Source: Oligoflexales bacterium
Lineage (GTDB): Bacteria > Bdellovibrionota_B > Oligoflexia > Oligoflexales > RGVZ01
DNA: 22,148 nt
Direction of reading: 5' to 3'
NCBI GenBank assembly: GCA_044236265.1
Contig: JBIIGV010000043.1
Location: 1 to 22,148, forward strand
Part shown: positions 8,957-17,300 of the stretch, in pieces
Layout: each line of letters starts with the position of its first letter
Position numbering within the stretch: position 1 is the first letter of the stretch
The notes under the pieces: generated by a model
Seen by the model: only the letters and a program-made list of their open reading frames with translations
Told to the model about the DNA's origin: nothing
Database searches by the model: none
Translations under genes and position numbers: made by a program

Positions 8957-9727
8957 ATGGTAAAAGTCGTCACCTGGAACGTTAATTCAATCAATTCACG
9001 CTTGGACCGCGTCAAGGCATTCCTTGAACGCGAAAGTCCAGACTTTCTCTGCCTTCAAGAACTGAAATGCGCAGACGAGAAGTACCCCCATGAAGCCCTG
9101 ACAGAACTGGGCTATCACTCAGCTATTTTTGGACAAAAAGCTTATAACGGCGTCGCTATTATCTCAAAAAAGCCAGTAGAAACCCTGTTTCGCAATTTTG
9201 ACCCCAAAGATGAAGCCTCGCGGATGATCACAGTTCGCACGCCCTACGGATTTGACCTCATCAATGCCTATGTCCCAAATGGGCAGTCAGTGGGCAGTGA
9301 AAAATATGCGTACAAACTGGCATGGCTGAAGCAAGCGAAGCAATTTATACAAAGCCATTGGAAGACGTCTGACAAGCTGGTGTTTGTAGGTGATTTCAAT
9401 ATTGCACCAGACGACCGAGACGTTTACGATCCTGTGGCTTGGAAAGAACACATCCATTGCTCTGCCGGCGAACGTGCAGCACTGACTGATCTCTTGTCGG
9501 TTGGCTTTATCGACACGCATCGCATGCACGATCAAAGTGCAGGTGTTTTCTCCTGGTGGGACTATCGGGAACTGTCGTTTGCCAGAAATAAAGGGCTCAG
9601 GATTGACCTGATATATGCAACCCCACCCGCAGCGTCACTTTGTCGATCCGTGAAAGTCGATCGCGATGAAAGACGTGGCGAAAAGCCATCCGATCACGCA
9701 CCGGTGATCGCTACATTTGATTTTTAG
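8957..9727 (+). CDS. xth: Exodeoxyribonuclease III (AP endonuclease)
   Basis: TWNVNS, LCLQELK, GQKAYNGVA, YVPNG, GDFNIAP, FSWWDYR, GLRID, PSDHAPV motifs. Confidence 0.96.
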   Translation: MVKVVTWNVNSINSRLDRVKAFLERESPDFLCLQELKCADEKYPHEALTELGYHSAIFGQKAYNGVAIISKKPVETLFRNFDPKDEASRMITVRTPYGFDLINAYVPNGQSVGSEKYAYKLAWLKQAKQFIQSHWKTSDKLVFVGDFNIAPDDRDVYDPVAWKEHIHCSAGERAALTDLLSVGFIDTHRMHDQSAGVFSWWDYRELSFARNKGLRIDLIYATPPAASLCRSVKVDRDERRGEKPSDHAPVIATFDF

Positions 9728-9753
9728 AGCGCTACCGCAAGGAGTATGTCGGC

Positions 9754-12159
9754 GTGACGAAAAAGGTTTTCACAACTAAACGCGACTGGAACCGAGACCA
9801 GGTGCTCAGAGACTTTTCCATTGCCTATCAAAGTCGTTTTGCGAGCTTAATCGGTCGAAAAGAAGTTCTCAGTGGTAAAGCAAAATTTGGCATCTTTGGC
9901 GATGGCAAGGAGCTTGCGCAAGTTGCTATGGCGAGAGTCTTTCAGAAGGGCGACTGGCGATCAGGTTACTACAGAGATCAGACCGTCATGATGGCATTGG
10001 GGCAACTCAGTCTCAAACAATTTTTTGCTCAGCTATTTGCAGACACAGACGTAAATCACGATCCCGCAAGTGCTGGTCGCCAGATGAACAACCACTTTGG
10101 CACGCGTTTGATCAGCCCGGAAGGGCAATGGCTTGACCAGTTAAGCCAGCCCAACACATCTTCAGATATTTCTCCTACTGGTGGCCAAATGGCACGCCTC
10201 GTTGGTCTCGGTTATGCGTCAAAGCTTTACCGCAATAATTCAAGACTCCATCCTTTGACAAAATTCAGTCGAACTGGAAACGAGATTGCATTTGGCACCA
10301 TAGGTAATGCCTCCACTTCCGAAGGCCTTTTTTGGGAGGCTATGAATGCGGTTGGCGTCTTGCAGGTCCCGGTTTTGATGAGCGTTTGGGATGACGATTA
10401 CGGCATCTCGGTACACGCTCGGCATCAAACGACTAAACAGTCGATCTCAAAAATCATGGCTGGTTTCGATTACGAAAATGAACTGAAGGGAATCGCCATT
10501 CACGTTGTCAAAGGCTGGGACTACGAAGGTTTAGTGGAGACCTACACGAAAGCGGCAGAAGCCTGTCGAAGAGATCACATCCCTCAGCTTGTCCACGTTA
10601 TAGAGATGACTCAACCACAGGGACACTCCACGTCAGGCAGCCATGAGCGTTACAAATCGAAAGAACGACTAAAGTGGGAAGACGATTTTGACTGTATCTC
10701 CAAGATGAAAGCTTGGATCATTAGCGAAAAAATAGCCAGTCAGTCAGATTAAGATCTTATTGAAGCAGAGCAACAAAAAGCCCCCGAAAAAGCCAAGGAA
10801 GACGCGTGGCGGGACTATCTGGAACCCCTCGAGAAAGAGCGAGATGAGGCCGTTGAGCTGCTTTCGAACGTTGGACAATCGACTGGTCAGGAGGAATTGT
10901 GCGCGAAGGCAGCCCAGGACCTTAAGAAACAGCCGACATTATTTAGAAGAAATATTCAAAGTAGCCTAAAGCGCGTTTTATACCAGCTTACGGATATTGA
11001 TCAGGACAGCAAACTGAAGCTTATTCGGTTTATTGAGCGTTATGACACCTTCAATCAAAGGCGCTACTCAAGCTATCTTTTTTCCGAGACAAGCTCGTCT
11101 CCACTTTTTGTGGATAATATTCCAGCGACTTACTCGGAAACGAGCGCCAAGGTTGACGGACGCCAGGTTATTCAAAAATTCTTTGAAAAAGCCATTGAGA
11201 AGGACCCTCGGATCTTCATCTGCGGTGAGGATGTCGGCCAACTGGGCGGGGTAAACCTCGAATTCGAGGGGCTGCAAGAAAAATTTGGTGATCTTCACGT
11301 CACCGATACGGGGATTCGTGAGGCGACCATTCTCGGCCAAGGAATTGGAGCAGCGATGAGGGGCTTACGACCTATTGCGGATATTCAGTACCTTGATTAC
11401 CTACTCTATTGCTATCAGGGCATGAGTGACGATCTGGCAACCGTCCATTATAGGTCAGCTGGTGGACAGCTTGCGCCCGTGATTGTCCGAACAAAAGGTC
11501 ACCGGCTTGAGGGCATTTGGCATACGGGCTCACCAATGGGCATGATCATTCACGGAATCCGGGGTATCCACGTTTGTGTTCCAAGAAACATGGTCCAGGC
11601 TGCCGGAATGTATAACACGTTGTTAAAAAGCGACGACCCTGCTCTGGTTATCGAAGTCCTTAATGGCTACCGCCAGAAGGAGACCATGCCAGATAACATC
11701 GGTGATTATACCGTTGCTTTGGGAGTACCAGAAGTTTTGGAAGAGGGAACCGATGTGACTCTGGTCACATATGGCGCTTGTATTAGAATCGCACAAGATG
11801 CAAGCAAGCTCCTACGAGACAAGGGTATCAGTGTTGAACTGATCGATGCTCAGACTCTTTTGCCGTTCGATAGATTTGGCAAGATCCGCGAGTCGGTAGC
11901 AAAAACGAATGCTCTCGTTTGCATGGATGAAGATGTCCCAGGAGGAGCCTCGGCGTACATGCTGCAGCAAATCGTTGAGGAACAAAAGGCATACGAGCTT
12001 TTGGATGCCCCTCCGCGAACGTTGGCCGCTAAGCCGCACCGCTCTGCGTATGCCTCTGACGGTGATTACTATTCTAAACCAAACGCGGAAGACGTCTTTG
12101 AGTTGATTTATGACATGATGCGCGAACGCAATCCTGAACGCTTTGCACCAATAAAATAA
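9754..12159 (+). pseudogene. Fused E1 alpha/beta 2-oxoacid dehydrogenase (probably branched-chain 2-oxoisovalerate type), interrupted by one in-frame TAA at 10750-10752 (nonsense mutation or sequence error)
   Basis: ORFs 9754-10752 and 10897-12159 share one frame, and the sequence between them is open apart from this TAA (801 codons in total). Alpha motifs: GKAKFGIFGDGKE, SGYYRD, GNASTSEG..WDD, GHSTSGSHERYK. Beta motifs: GEDVG, DTGIRE, GLRPIADIQYLDY, GTDVTLVTYG, ELIDAQTLLPFD. Confidence 0.85.
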
Positions 12160-12174
12160 GGATCGCTCTACGAT

Positions 12175-12795
12175 ATGGCAAAACTCTATTTTCGATATGG
12201 AACTGTCGGAAGCGCCAAGACATTGAATTTGCTGGCAGTTACCCACAACTATCAGCAACAAAATAAACGGATACTGCTTGTTAAACCAAAATTGGACACG
12301 CGTTTTGGTAACGACGAGGTCAAGTCGCGCGCTGGACTCGTCAAAAAAGCAGACATTCTCGTCACGGACGAAACGATCTTTGATAGCAGAGATTTTGAAG
12401 GTCACGACTGTGTTGTTGTCGATGAGGCGCAATTTTTATCTAAGTCTTTGATCGACCAGCTTCGACTAATCGCCTCTCGACAAAATATTCCCGTCATCTG
12501 CTACGGCTTAAGAACTGACTTCCGAGGAAATTTATTCGAGGGAAGCAAACGTCTATTTGAGGTCGCCGACTCTATCGAAGAGGTCAAAACAACCTGTGCA
12601 TTTTGTAATCGCAAGGCGATATTTAATTTAAAACTCCTAGACGGCAAGCCTACACTGACGGGACCAACGATCGAACTTGGTGCTGAGGAAAAATACTTGC
12701 CGGCTTGTTCGATCTGTTATCGAGAACAGCTCGAAAATCAGTATGTTGCAGCAGGTGATTCCGCAGCAGGACATCACGCACCCAACTTACAGTAA
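12175..12795 (+). CDS. tdk: Thymidine kinase
   Basis: KLYFRYGTVGSAKT, SRAG, VDEAQFL, CYGLRTDF, FEGS, CAFC...CSIC zinc site. AAGGA upstream. Confidence 0.96.
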   Translation: MAKLYFRYGTVGSAKTLNLLAVTHNYQQQNKRILLVKPKLDTRFGNDEVKSRAGLVKKADILVTDETIFDSRDFEGHDCVVVDEAQFLSKSLIDQLRLIASRQNIPVICYGLRTDFRGNLFEGSKRLFEVADSIEEVKTTCAFCNRKAIFNLKLLDGKPTLTGPTIELGAEEKYLPACSICYREQLENQYVAAGDSAAGHHAPNLQ

Positions 12796-12900
12796 TCACT
12801 GGATTTTAAAAGTTTTCCTTGCCCCCATGGGGAAAATTCATTATCACCAGCGATCAATTTTACTTATGGACCACATTGTTCCCTGGATTCTAGAGAGCCG

Positions 12901-13404
12901 ATGATCATGAAGAACACACTTTTCTATTCATTTTGGACTGCTGCATCCTTGGCTGTATTTGCTGAGACTTCATGGGCCGTTCAATACAGAGACGTGATTC
13001 AGGCCACGAGATCCATTCTAGCCGGTCGATGTTTTGAAAACGAGGACAGCACTCGCATTGCATTCGGCCATCTTAATACTATCAGTCATCAACGTTCGGA
13101 AATTGAGGTTCAGATCAGCTTCTCCGATGGCCAATTTGCCCATCACCGTGAAGCAATTACAAACCTGTCCAACCAAGTTACGGTTGAGCAAGTCGTCAAT
13201 GGTAAGGTCGTTGGAGAGTACCTCGTATCCGTAGAAGCTCCATTTAACGTGTTGCGTCTTCGTCCTGCCAAAGAGGCCTCAACGAACTTTATCAGCCGTG
13301 AATGTATGTACCAGCAACAAGAACGCAAGAACGTTTGCTACATCAAAATGAGAAGCGACAACGACGTTTTCGTCTCAGTTTTCAAAGAAACATCCTGTTC
13401 ATGA
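12901..13404 (+). CDS. Hypothetical secreted protein (start 12901 or 12907)
   Basis: Sec-type signal peptide ending in SWA, beta-strand-rich mature part. Stop overlaps the next start (ATGA at 13401-13404). Confidence 0.7.
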   Translation: MIMKNTLFYSFWTAASLAVFAETSWAVQYRDVIQATRSILAGRCFENEDSTRIAFGHLNTISHQRSEIEVQISFSDGQFAHHREAITNLSNQVTVEQVVNGKVVGEYLVSVEAPFNVLRLRPAKEASTNFISRECMYQQQERKNVCYIKMRSDNDVFVSVFKETSCS

Positions 13405-14033
13405 CCGCTGAATCTGCCAAGGCCATTATTTTTGACCTCGGCAAGGTGCTAATCGATTTCAGCGTTGATCGAGCATGCTCTCAAGTGGCAGGCCTAATCG
13501 GCGTATCCCCAAAAGAAATCCATTCATTTTTATTCCTTGATGGGCGCGAGTTCGATTTTGAGCGGGGTATCATTTCTTTTGAAGAACTCCAGCTCCAGTT
13601 TCAGGCCCATTTTGGCACTCAGGTGAATGGCTCAGCCTTGGCTCTTGCTGCCAGCGATATTTTCCAACCAATTGACGATACCATAAAAATTCTGAAATCA
13701 GTTCGTCAGCAATATCTTGGTCAGCGACCGATTATGTTGCTCAGCAATACCAATGAAATTCATTGGCAGCATATCCAGAGTAACTGGGGTATTCACCAAT
13801 GGTTTGACCATCTTGTTCTTTCATACGAGGTCAAATCTATGAAACCCGAAGAGAAAATCTATCGCCACGCTATCAAACTGGCAGGATGCGACCCACAGAG
13901 CTGCTTTTTTGTGGATGACGTGCCAGCAAACGTTGATGGAGCTAAAAAATGCGGTATGGACGCAGTCCTATACGAGTCACCCAAGAAACTGATCGCAGAT
14001 CTTGAGATGCGCGGAATTCAGACTGTGATTTAA
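13401..14033 (+). CDS. HAD-superfamily phosphatase (YihX-like)
   Basis: IIFDLGKVLID motif I, LLSNTN motif II, KPEEKIY motif III, FVDD motif IV. ATG 13401 is coupled to the upstream stop. Confidence 0.9.
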   Translation: MTAESAKAIIFDLGKVLIDFSVDRACSQVAGLIGVSPKEIHSFLFLDGREFDFERGIISFEELQLQFQAHFGTQVNGSALALAASDIFQPIDDTIKILKSVRQQYLGQRPIMLLSNTNEIHWQHIQSNWGIHQWFDHLVLSYEVKSMKPEEKIYRHAIKLAGCDPQSCFFVDDVPANVDGAKKCGMDAVLYESPKKLIADLEMRGIQTVI

Positions 14034-14048
14034 ATCGAGTGAATGACG

Positions 14049-15311
14049 TCAAACTGTAATAAACGCCACGTGTAAGGCTTTACAAGCAGCATCGGCCAAA
14101 CCTTGATCCACGACGCAAGAAATCTTGATTTCAGAGGTTGAAATCATCCTGATATCAATGCCAGCTCGCTGAAGTGCTGAAAAAGTCGTTGCGGCAACGC
14201 CCGCGTGACTGCGCATACCAACCCCTACGACACTAACCTTCGCAACGGAGTTATCGACTGTAACATCTAGCTGAGATTGCATTTTTGATTTTGCCCAAAA
14301 AGATTTTGCAGCTTTGACAGCTTGATCGGACTCGCCTCTTGAAGTTGTAAAACCAAGATGCATGGTTTTTCCACCTGGCTCGGGAAGATTGTGAACAATA
14401 ATATCGACATTGACTCCGACTTCCGCGATCGCACTAAACAAGCCTGAAACTATGCTTGTGTCGTAGGGCAGTCCAATCAAGGTGATTTTTGCGACATCGC
14501 GGTCAAGCGTCACCCCACTGACCGAGGGAGCTTCTAAATTCGTTAGGCTTGCAAGATTCATAACTCTTGTTCTCCGGTGATCATCTGGAGTGAATGTATT
14601 GCGAACTACGATGGGCATTTGAAACTTTGCACCAAGCTCAACGCATCGCGGATGTAAAACTTTGCTTCCAAGGCTCGCCATTTCAAGCGCCACTTCAAAG
14701 TCCATGTCCTCTATTAACTGTGCTTCCGGTACAACTCTGGGATCACAAGAGAAGACTCCATCAACATCAGTATTGATTTCGCAGAAACCAGCACCTATTG
14801 CGATAGCGAGGGCCACCGCGCTGGTATCGCTGCCTCCACGGCCTAATGTGGTGATCTCCATCGACTCCGTAACACCCTGAAATCCTGCAACGACAGGAAT
14901 GACTCCTCTGTCCCAGCAATCAATGATTTTTTGCGAGTCAATGGATTTTATACGCGCTTTGCTATGAAAGCTGTCCGTGACGATGCCTAATTGATGGGAT
15001 AAGAACGGCTCTGCCTCAACCCCCTCGGCTGCCAATGCAGCGGCCATTAAAGCCACAGAAACCTGCTCACCACTCGCGACAGCCATATCATAGGCCTTTG
15101 CAGGAGCTTTGGGATTCACATCTTTTACCAGCGCAACCAATCGATTGGTCTCACCCGTCATGGCACTTACAACAATCGCCATACGGGTCCAGCCATCCCG
15201 GTACTGAGAGGCTACGCGTTTAGCAACATGCTTAATACGGTCTACGGAGCCGACAGATGTCCCACCATATTTCTGAACTACAGGCGTTAATTTTTGCATT
15301 GAGCTGTACAT
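14049..15311 (-). CDS. lysC: Aspartate kinase with two ACT domains (start 15311 or 15299)
   Basis: VQKYGGTSVG, VVSAM, SGEQ, VAGFQG, TTLGRGGSDTSA, TDVDGV, GSKVLHPR, KVSVVGVGM, ISTSEIKIS. Confidence 0.96.
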   Translation of the reverse strand: MYSSMQKLTPVVQKYGGTSVGSVDRIKHVAKRVASQYRDGWTRMAIVVSAMTGETNRLVALVKDVNPKAPAKAYDMAVASGEQVSVALMAAALAAEGVEAEPFLSHQLGIVTDSFHSKARIKSIDSQKIIDCWDRGVIPVVAGFQGVTESMEITTLGRGGSDTSAVALAIAIGAGFCEINTDVDGVFSCDPRVVPEAQLIEDMDFEVALEMASLGSKVLHPRCVELGAKFQMPIVVRNTFTPDDHRRTRVMNLASLTNLEAPSVSGVTLDRDVAKITLIGLPYDTSIVSGLFSAIAEVGVNVDIIVHNLPEPGGKTMHLGFTTSRGESDQAVKAAKSFWAKSKMQSQLDVTVDNSVAKVSVVGVGMRSHAGVAATTFSALQRAGIDIRMISTSEIKISCVVDQGLADAACKALHVAFITV

Positions 15312-15402
15312 AAGTTAAACATACTCAGTTGCTGCCTATGGAGCAAACAAAAACTTAAATCGAATTATGCAGCAGGTTTTTCGGTATTTTCTGATAGCCA
15401 AT

Positions 15403-15439
15403 AAAAAAGAGATCCGTCGACACGTCGACGGATCTCTTT
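15403..15439 (-). terminator. Intrinsic terminator of the small Cys-rich gene
   Basis: Perfect 16-bp inverted repeat AAAGAGATCCGTCGAC (15406-15421) / GTCGACGGATCTCTTT (15424-15439), with a T6 run on the minus strand. Lies 21 bp after the stop at 15461. Confidence 0.88.
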
Positions 15440-15460
15440 GAAGTCAAATATAAATGAAGA

Positions 15461-15730
15461 TTACTTTTTACAGTAGCCTTCCACGCATTTGCCAGACATG
15501 GCAGAACAGTCCGCATCACTTTTACAGCTAACCTGTTCACACACGTGCTCAGGGCATGAATTGACTCCGTCACTACATAAAGCTTTCTTCAAATAACAAA
15601 CGCAGTTGCTTCCTTTTTTGGGATTACCTGAGTCGTCAACACAAGAGGAGCTCTCGCTACTAGAGGACGAAGTCCCGGCTAATAACGGCTGCCATGCAAT
15701 CAAAGATAGAGTCAAAAGTGCAATTTTCAT
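15461..15730 (-). CDS. Secreted cysteine-rich mini-protein (89 aa, 10 Cys)
   Basis: GGAGG ribosome-binding site just upstream of ATG. Signal peptide MKIALLTLSLIAWQPLLA, poly-Ser linker, Cys at 30, 43, 45, 52, 59, 64, 69, 75, 82, 87. Has its own terminator. Confidence 0.85.
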   Translation of the reverse strand: MKIALLTLSLIAWQPLLAGTSSSSSESSSCVDDSGNPKKGSNCVCYLKKALCSDGVNSCPEHVCEQVSCKSDADCSAMSGKCVEGYCKK

Positions 15731-16170
15731 GGTTCCTCCGATAAATTGTGCCTCCTCCTAGAATATCAGATCTACAAGCTTCGCAGAAATCACAGCAAAA
15801 CCATAATGACTAAGACCACAAATCACCTGAGTAGCAGGCGTTACAGATGAATTCAAATCTGCGACCACCAGTCCAATCGCCCCATTCAGCTCAAGCTTGG
15901 AATAGGCAGCCACAGCAGAAATCTTAACCTTATGAATTTTAAGTAAAAATTGTTCACGGCAAAAACTGGAAGGGTCGCGTCATTTTTTCGCACCCACCTA
16001 ACCATCTGTAATCACTATTGATTAAATTTTATGCGCAAAGTATTCGAGCACATAATGGCCGCTTGCTACCTTACTTTGTAAGCAATCAGAACGACTTTTG
16101 ACGATCTCTAGAAGAATTTTCAACTGAACTGATTGCGCCTGTTGTACCCGCAATAGGAAGCGGATCTTTG

Positions 16171-16385
16171 TCATTGTGAATATCGATAAAAATGAAACAG
16201 GGCTAGGCTTCTTTGCTCGTTTGCCGCTTCCTGTGCTCCTTTTTGGAGAACCCCTCCACACATACCTTCAGAGTTTTTCTGAAGGCCGTCACAGCCACAA
16301 AGTACCTGTTTTACGATATTCACACTGATGCCCAGTAGCCGGGGCCAGTGGTTCATAACATGGACCACTGGCCCTTCCTCTTTTT
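16171..16385 (+). ncRNA. Candidate structured non-coding RNA of unknown class (5' end and strand uncertain)
   Basis: Long-range stem TGTGAATATCG (16175-16185) / CGATATTCACA (16314-16324), nested AAACAGG/CCTGTTT, internal hairpin CCTTCAGA/TCTGAAGG, then a plus-strand terminator. No credible plus-strand ORF. Confidence 0.45.
16342..16385 (+). terminator. Plus-strand intrinsic terminator with no upstream plus-strand ORF
   Basis: GGGCCAGTGGTTCAT-AAC-ATGGACCACTGGCCC: 15 pairs including one U-G wobble that is valid only on the + strand, followed by TTCCTCTTTTT. Confidence 0.65.
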
Positions 16386-16407
16386 GGTTAAAGGTCGCGT
16401 CCTGTAA

Positions 16408-16465
16408 AACTGCAGAAATGAAGAAGGCCCGAGGCGATCAACCCCGGGCCTTCTTCATTGCAGTT
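16408..16465 (-). terminator. Long hairpin / terminator downstream of the 242-aa gene
   Basis: Perfect arms AATGAAGAAGGCCCG (16417-16431) / CGGGCCTTCTTCATT (16445-16459), extended by AACTGCA/TGCAGTT. An inner G-U pair favours the minus strand. Lies 10 bp after the stop at 16476. Confidence 0.8.
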
Positions 16466-16475
16466 ACGCAACGCT

Positions 16476-17204
16476 TCAATCCAATTTCAGGAACTGGTTA
16501 ATAGCATTGCCATCTAGAGCACGAACGTGCAGCAGGTATTCACCTTGGGTCAAATCACCGCCAAATCGAGCACGATACTCAAAGCGGTTATTGACCGCAC
16601 CGCGACACTCATCACCGTAAACAATCTTTGTAACAGGCTGAACCACAACCGTCTTATCTGCACCAACATACGTTTTCACATCATCGAATTTCACGCAGCC
16701 ATCGAGCAAGTAAGGGTGCTGACCCTTAAGCACGATTTCACGAGCTCCATCAACCCCAGACTCGACACTGACGCTGTTTACTGCAGCATATAGGTAGTCA
16801 TCTGCATCGGGACGGGTCGCTTTAGCCACGCGCAACTGCGATGCTTCCACTGATCGGTTAGCTACTTCAATCGTGTAGCTACCGGATGTTAGATGACGAT
16901 CCAACTCTACACTTTTAATGAAAGGGGTCACCATTTGTACGCAAGTTGCTCCAGCATAGTAGAACGCTTGAGCATTTAATGTGACTTTCTTGGAGGTTTC
17001 GTTGACGGTCGCACTGACAGGCCCCATCTTATAGCAGCTGCTGTTGAAGTGTCCGTGAACAATCACCTCAACCTTGTCATTGTCATCAAAACCGGCCGGT
17101 ACAAAGACCTTCTCTACTGGTGCCTGCACCAGCACTGGATTTTCCGCCAAAGCTAGCCCCGACATCCCTGCAACGGCTAAACTTATCATCACTTGTCTCA
17201 ACAT
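16476..17204 (-). CDS. Secreted hypothetical protein with two tandem beta-sandwich-like repeats, each with a Cys pair
   Basis: GGAGG ribosome-binding site and signal peptide ending ALA. Repeat 1: EVIVHGHFNSSCYK...CVQMVTPF...LTSGSYTIEV. Repeat 2: EIVLKGQHPYLLDGCVK...C...RF...LTQGEYLLHV. Confidence 0.85.
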   Translation of the reverse strand: MLRQVMISLAVAGMSGLALAENPVLVQAPVEKVFVPAGFDDNDKVEVIVHGHFNSSCYKMGPVSATVNETSKKVTLNAQAFYYAGATCVQMVTPFIKSVELDRHLTSGSYTIEVANRSVEASQLRVAKATRPDADDYLYAAVNSVSVESGVDGAREIVLKGQHPYLLDGCVKFDDVKTYVGADKTVVVQPVTKIVYGDECRGAVNNRFEYRARFGGDLTQGEYLLHVRALDGNAINQFLKLD

Positions 17205-17284
17205 AATTTATTCCTCCAGTACTTGTTTAATCGACCTGATTAAACGGTTTGGTTTTGGGACTGTTTGCCCGACATTAGACTAAA

Positions 17285-17300
17285 TGCATACCGCATGCCA
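17285..17300 (-). promoter_or_regulatory. Putative sigma54 (-24/-12) promoter
   Basis: Minus strand reads TGGCATGCGGTATGCA against consensus TGGCACGNNNNTTGCW. GG and GC are at the exact spacing, about 80 bp upstream of the 242-aa gene. Confidence 0.6.

Noticed and set aside
10297..10410. GNA...WDD in place of the canonical GDG...N ThDP-binding motif as a sign of inactivation
   Set aside because: As far as I recall, this variant is normal for the roughly 800-aa fused alpha/beta subfamily, so it is not evidence of decay.
10750..10752. Stop-codon reassignment or Sec/Pyl recoding
   Set aside because: The codon is TAA, not TGA or TAG, and TAA terminates several intact genes in this window.
10760..10969. 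69-aa ORF between the two dehydrogenase fragments
   Set aside because: Off-frame shadow. The main dehydrogenase frame is open and protein-like here.
11812..12432. Long antisense or alternate-frame ORFs (206 aa here; also 6920-7465, 3502-3903, 21093-21500, 17759-18130 and others)
   Set aside because: They overlap well-supported genes and show no recognisable motifs.
15775..15935. Degenerate duplication (CAAGCTT, CACAGCA and GCAGAAATC each occurring twice, about 120-130 bp apart)
   Set aside because: Matches are short and not colinear. There is no regular repeat-spacer pattern, so it is neither CRISPR nor a clear tandem repeat.
16175..16324. TGT...ACA 11-bp inverted repeat as MITE ends
   Set aside because: No flanking duplication and no second copy in the window. 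Nested internal pairing fits an RNA fold better. It cannot be fully excluded without a genome-wide search.
16022..16368. Minus-strand ORFs of 79 aa and 65 aa in the spacer, including a type I toxin idea
   Set aside because: No transmembrane or recognisable motif, the two ORFs overlap each other, and the 65-aa start is buried in a strong hairpin.
15950..16385. Identification as RNase P RNA, tmRNA, SRP RNA, c-di-GMP or cobalamin riboswitch, or retron msr-msd
   Set aside because: Only fragmentary resemblances (GAGGAAGGGCC, AGGAAGCGGC, GGCAAA). The required partner motifs are absent and there is no reverse transcriptase in the window.
15973..16401. Direct repeat GGTCGCGTC at 15973-15981 and 16393-16401 as a target-site duplication around the structured region
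   Set aside because: About one 9-mer repeat is expected by chance in a 750-bp interval. There are no adjoining terminal inverted repeats and no transposase.
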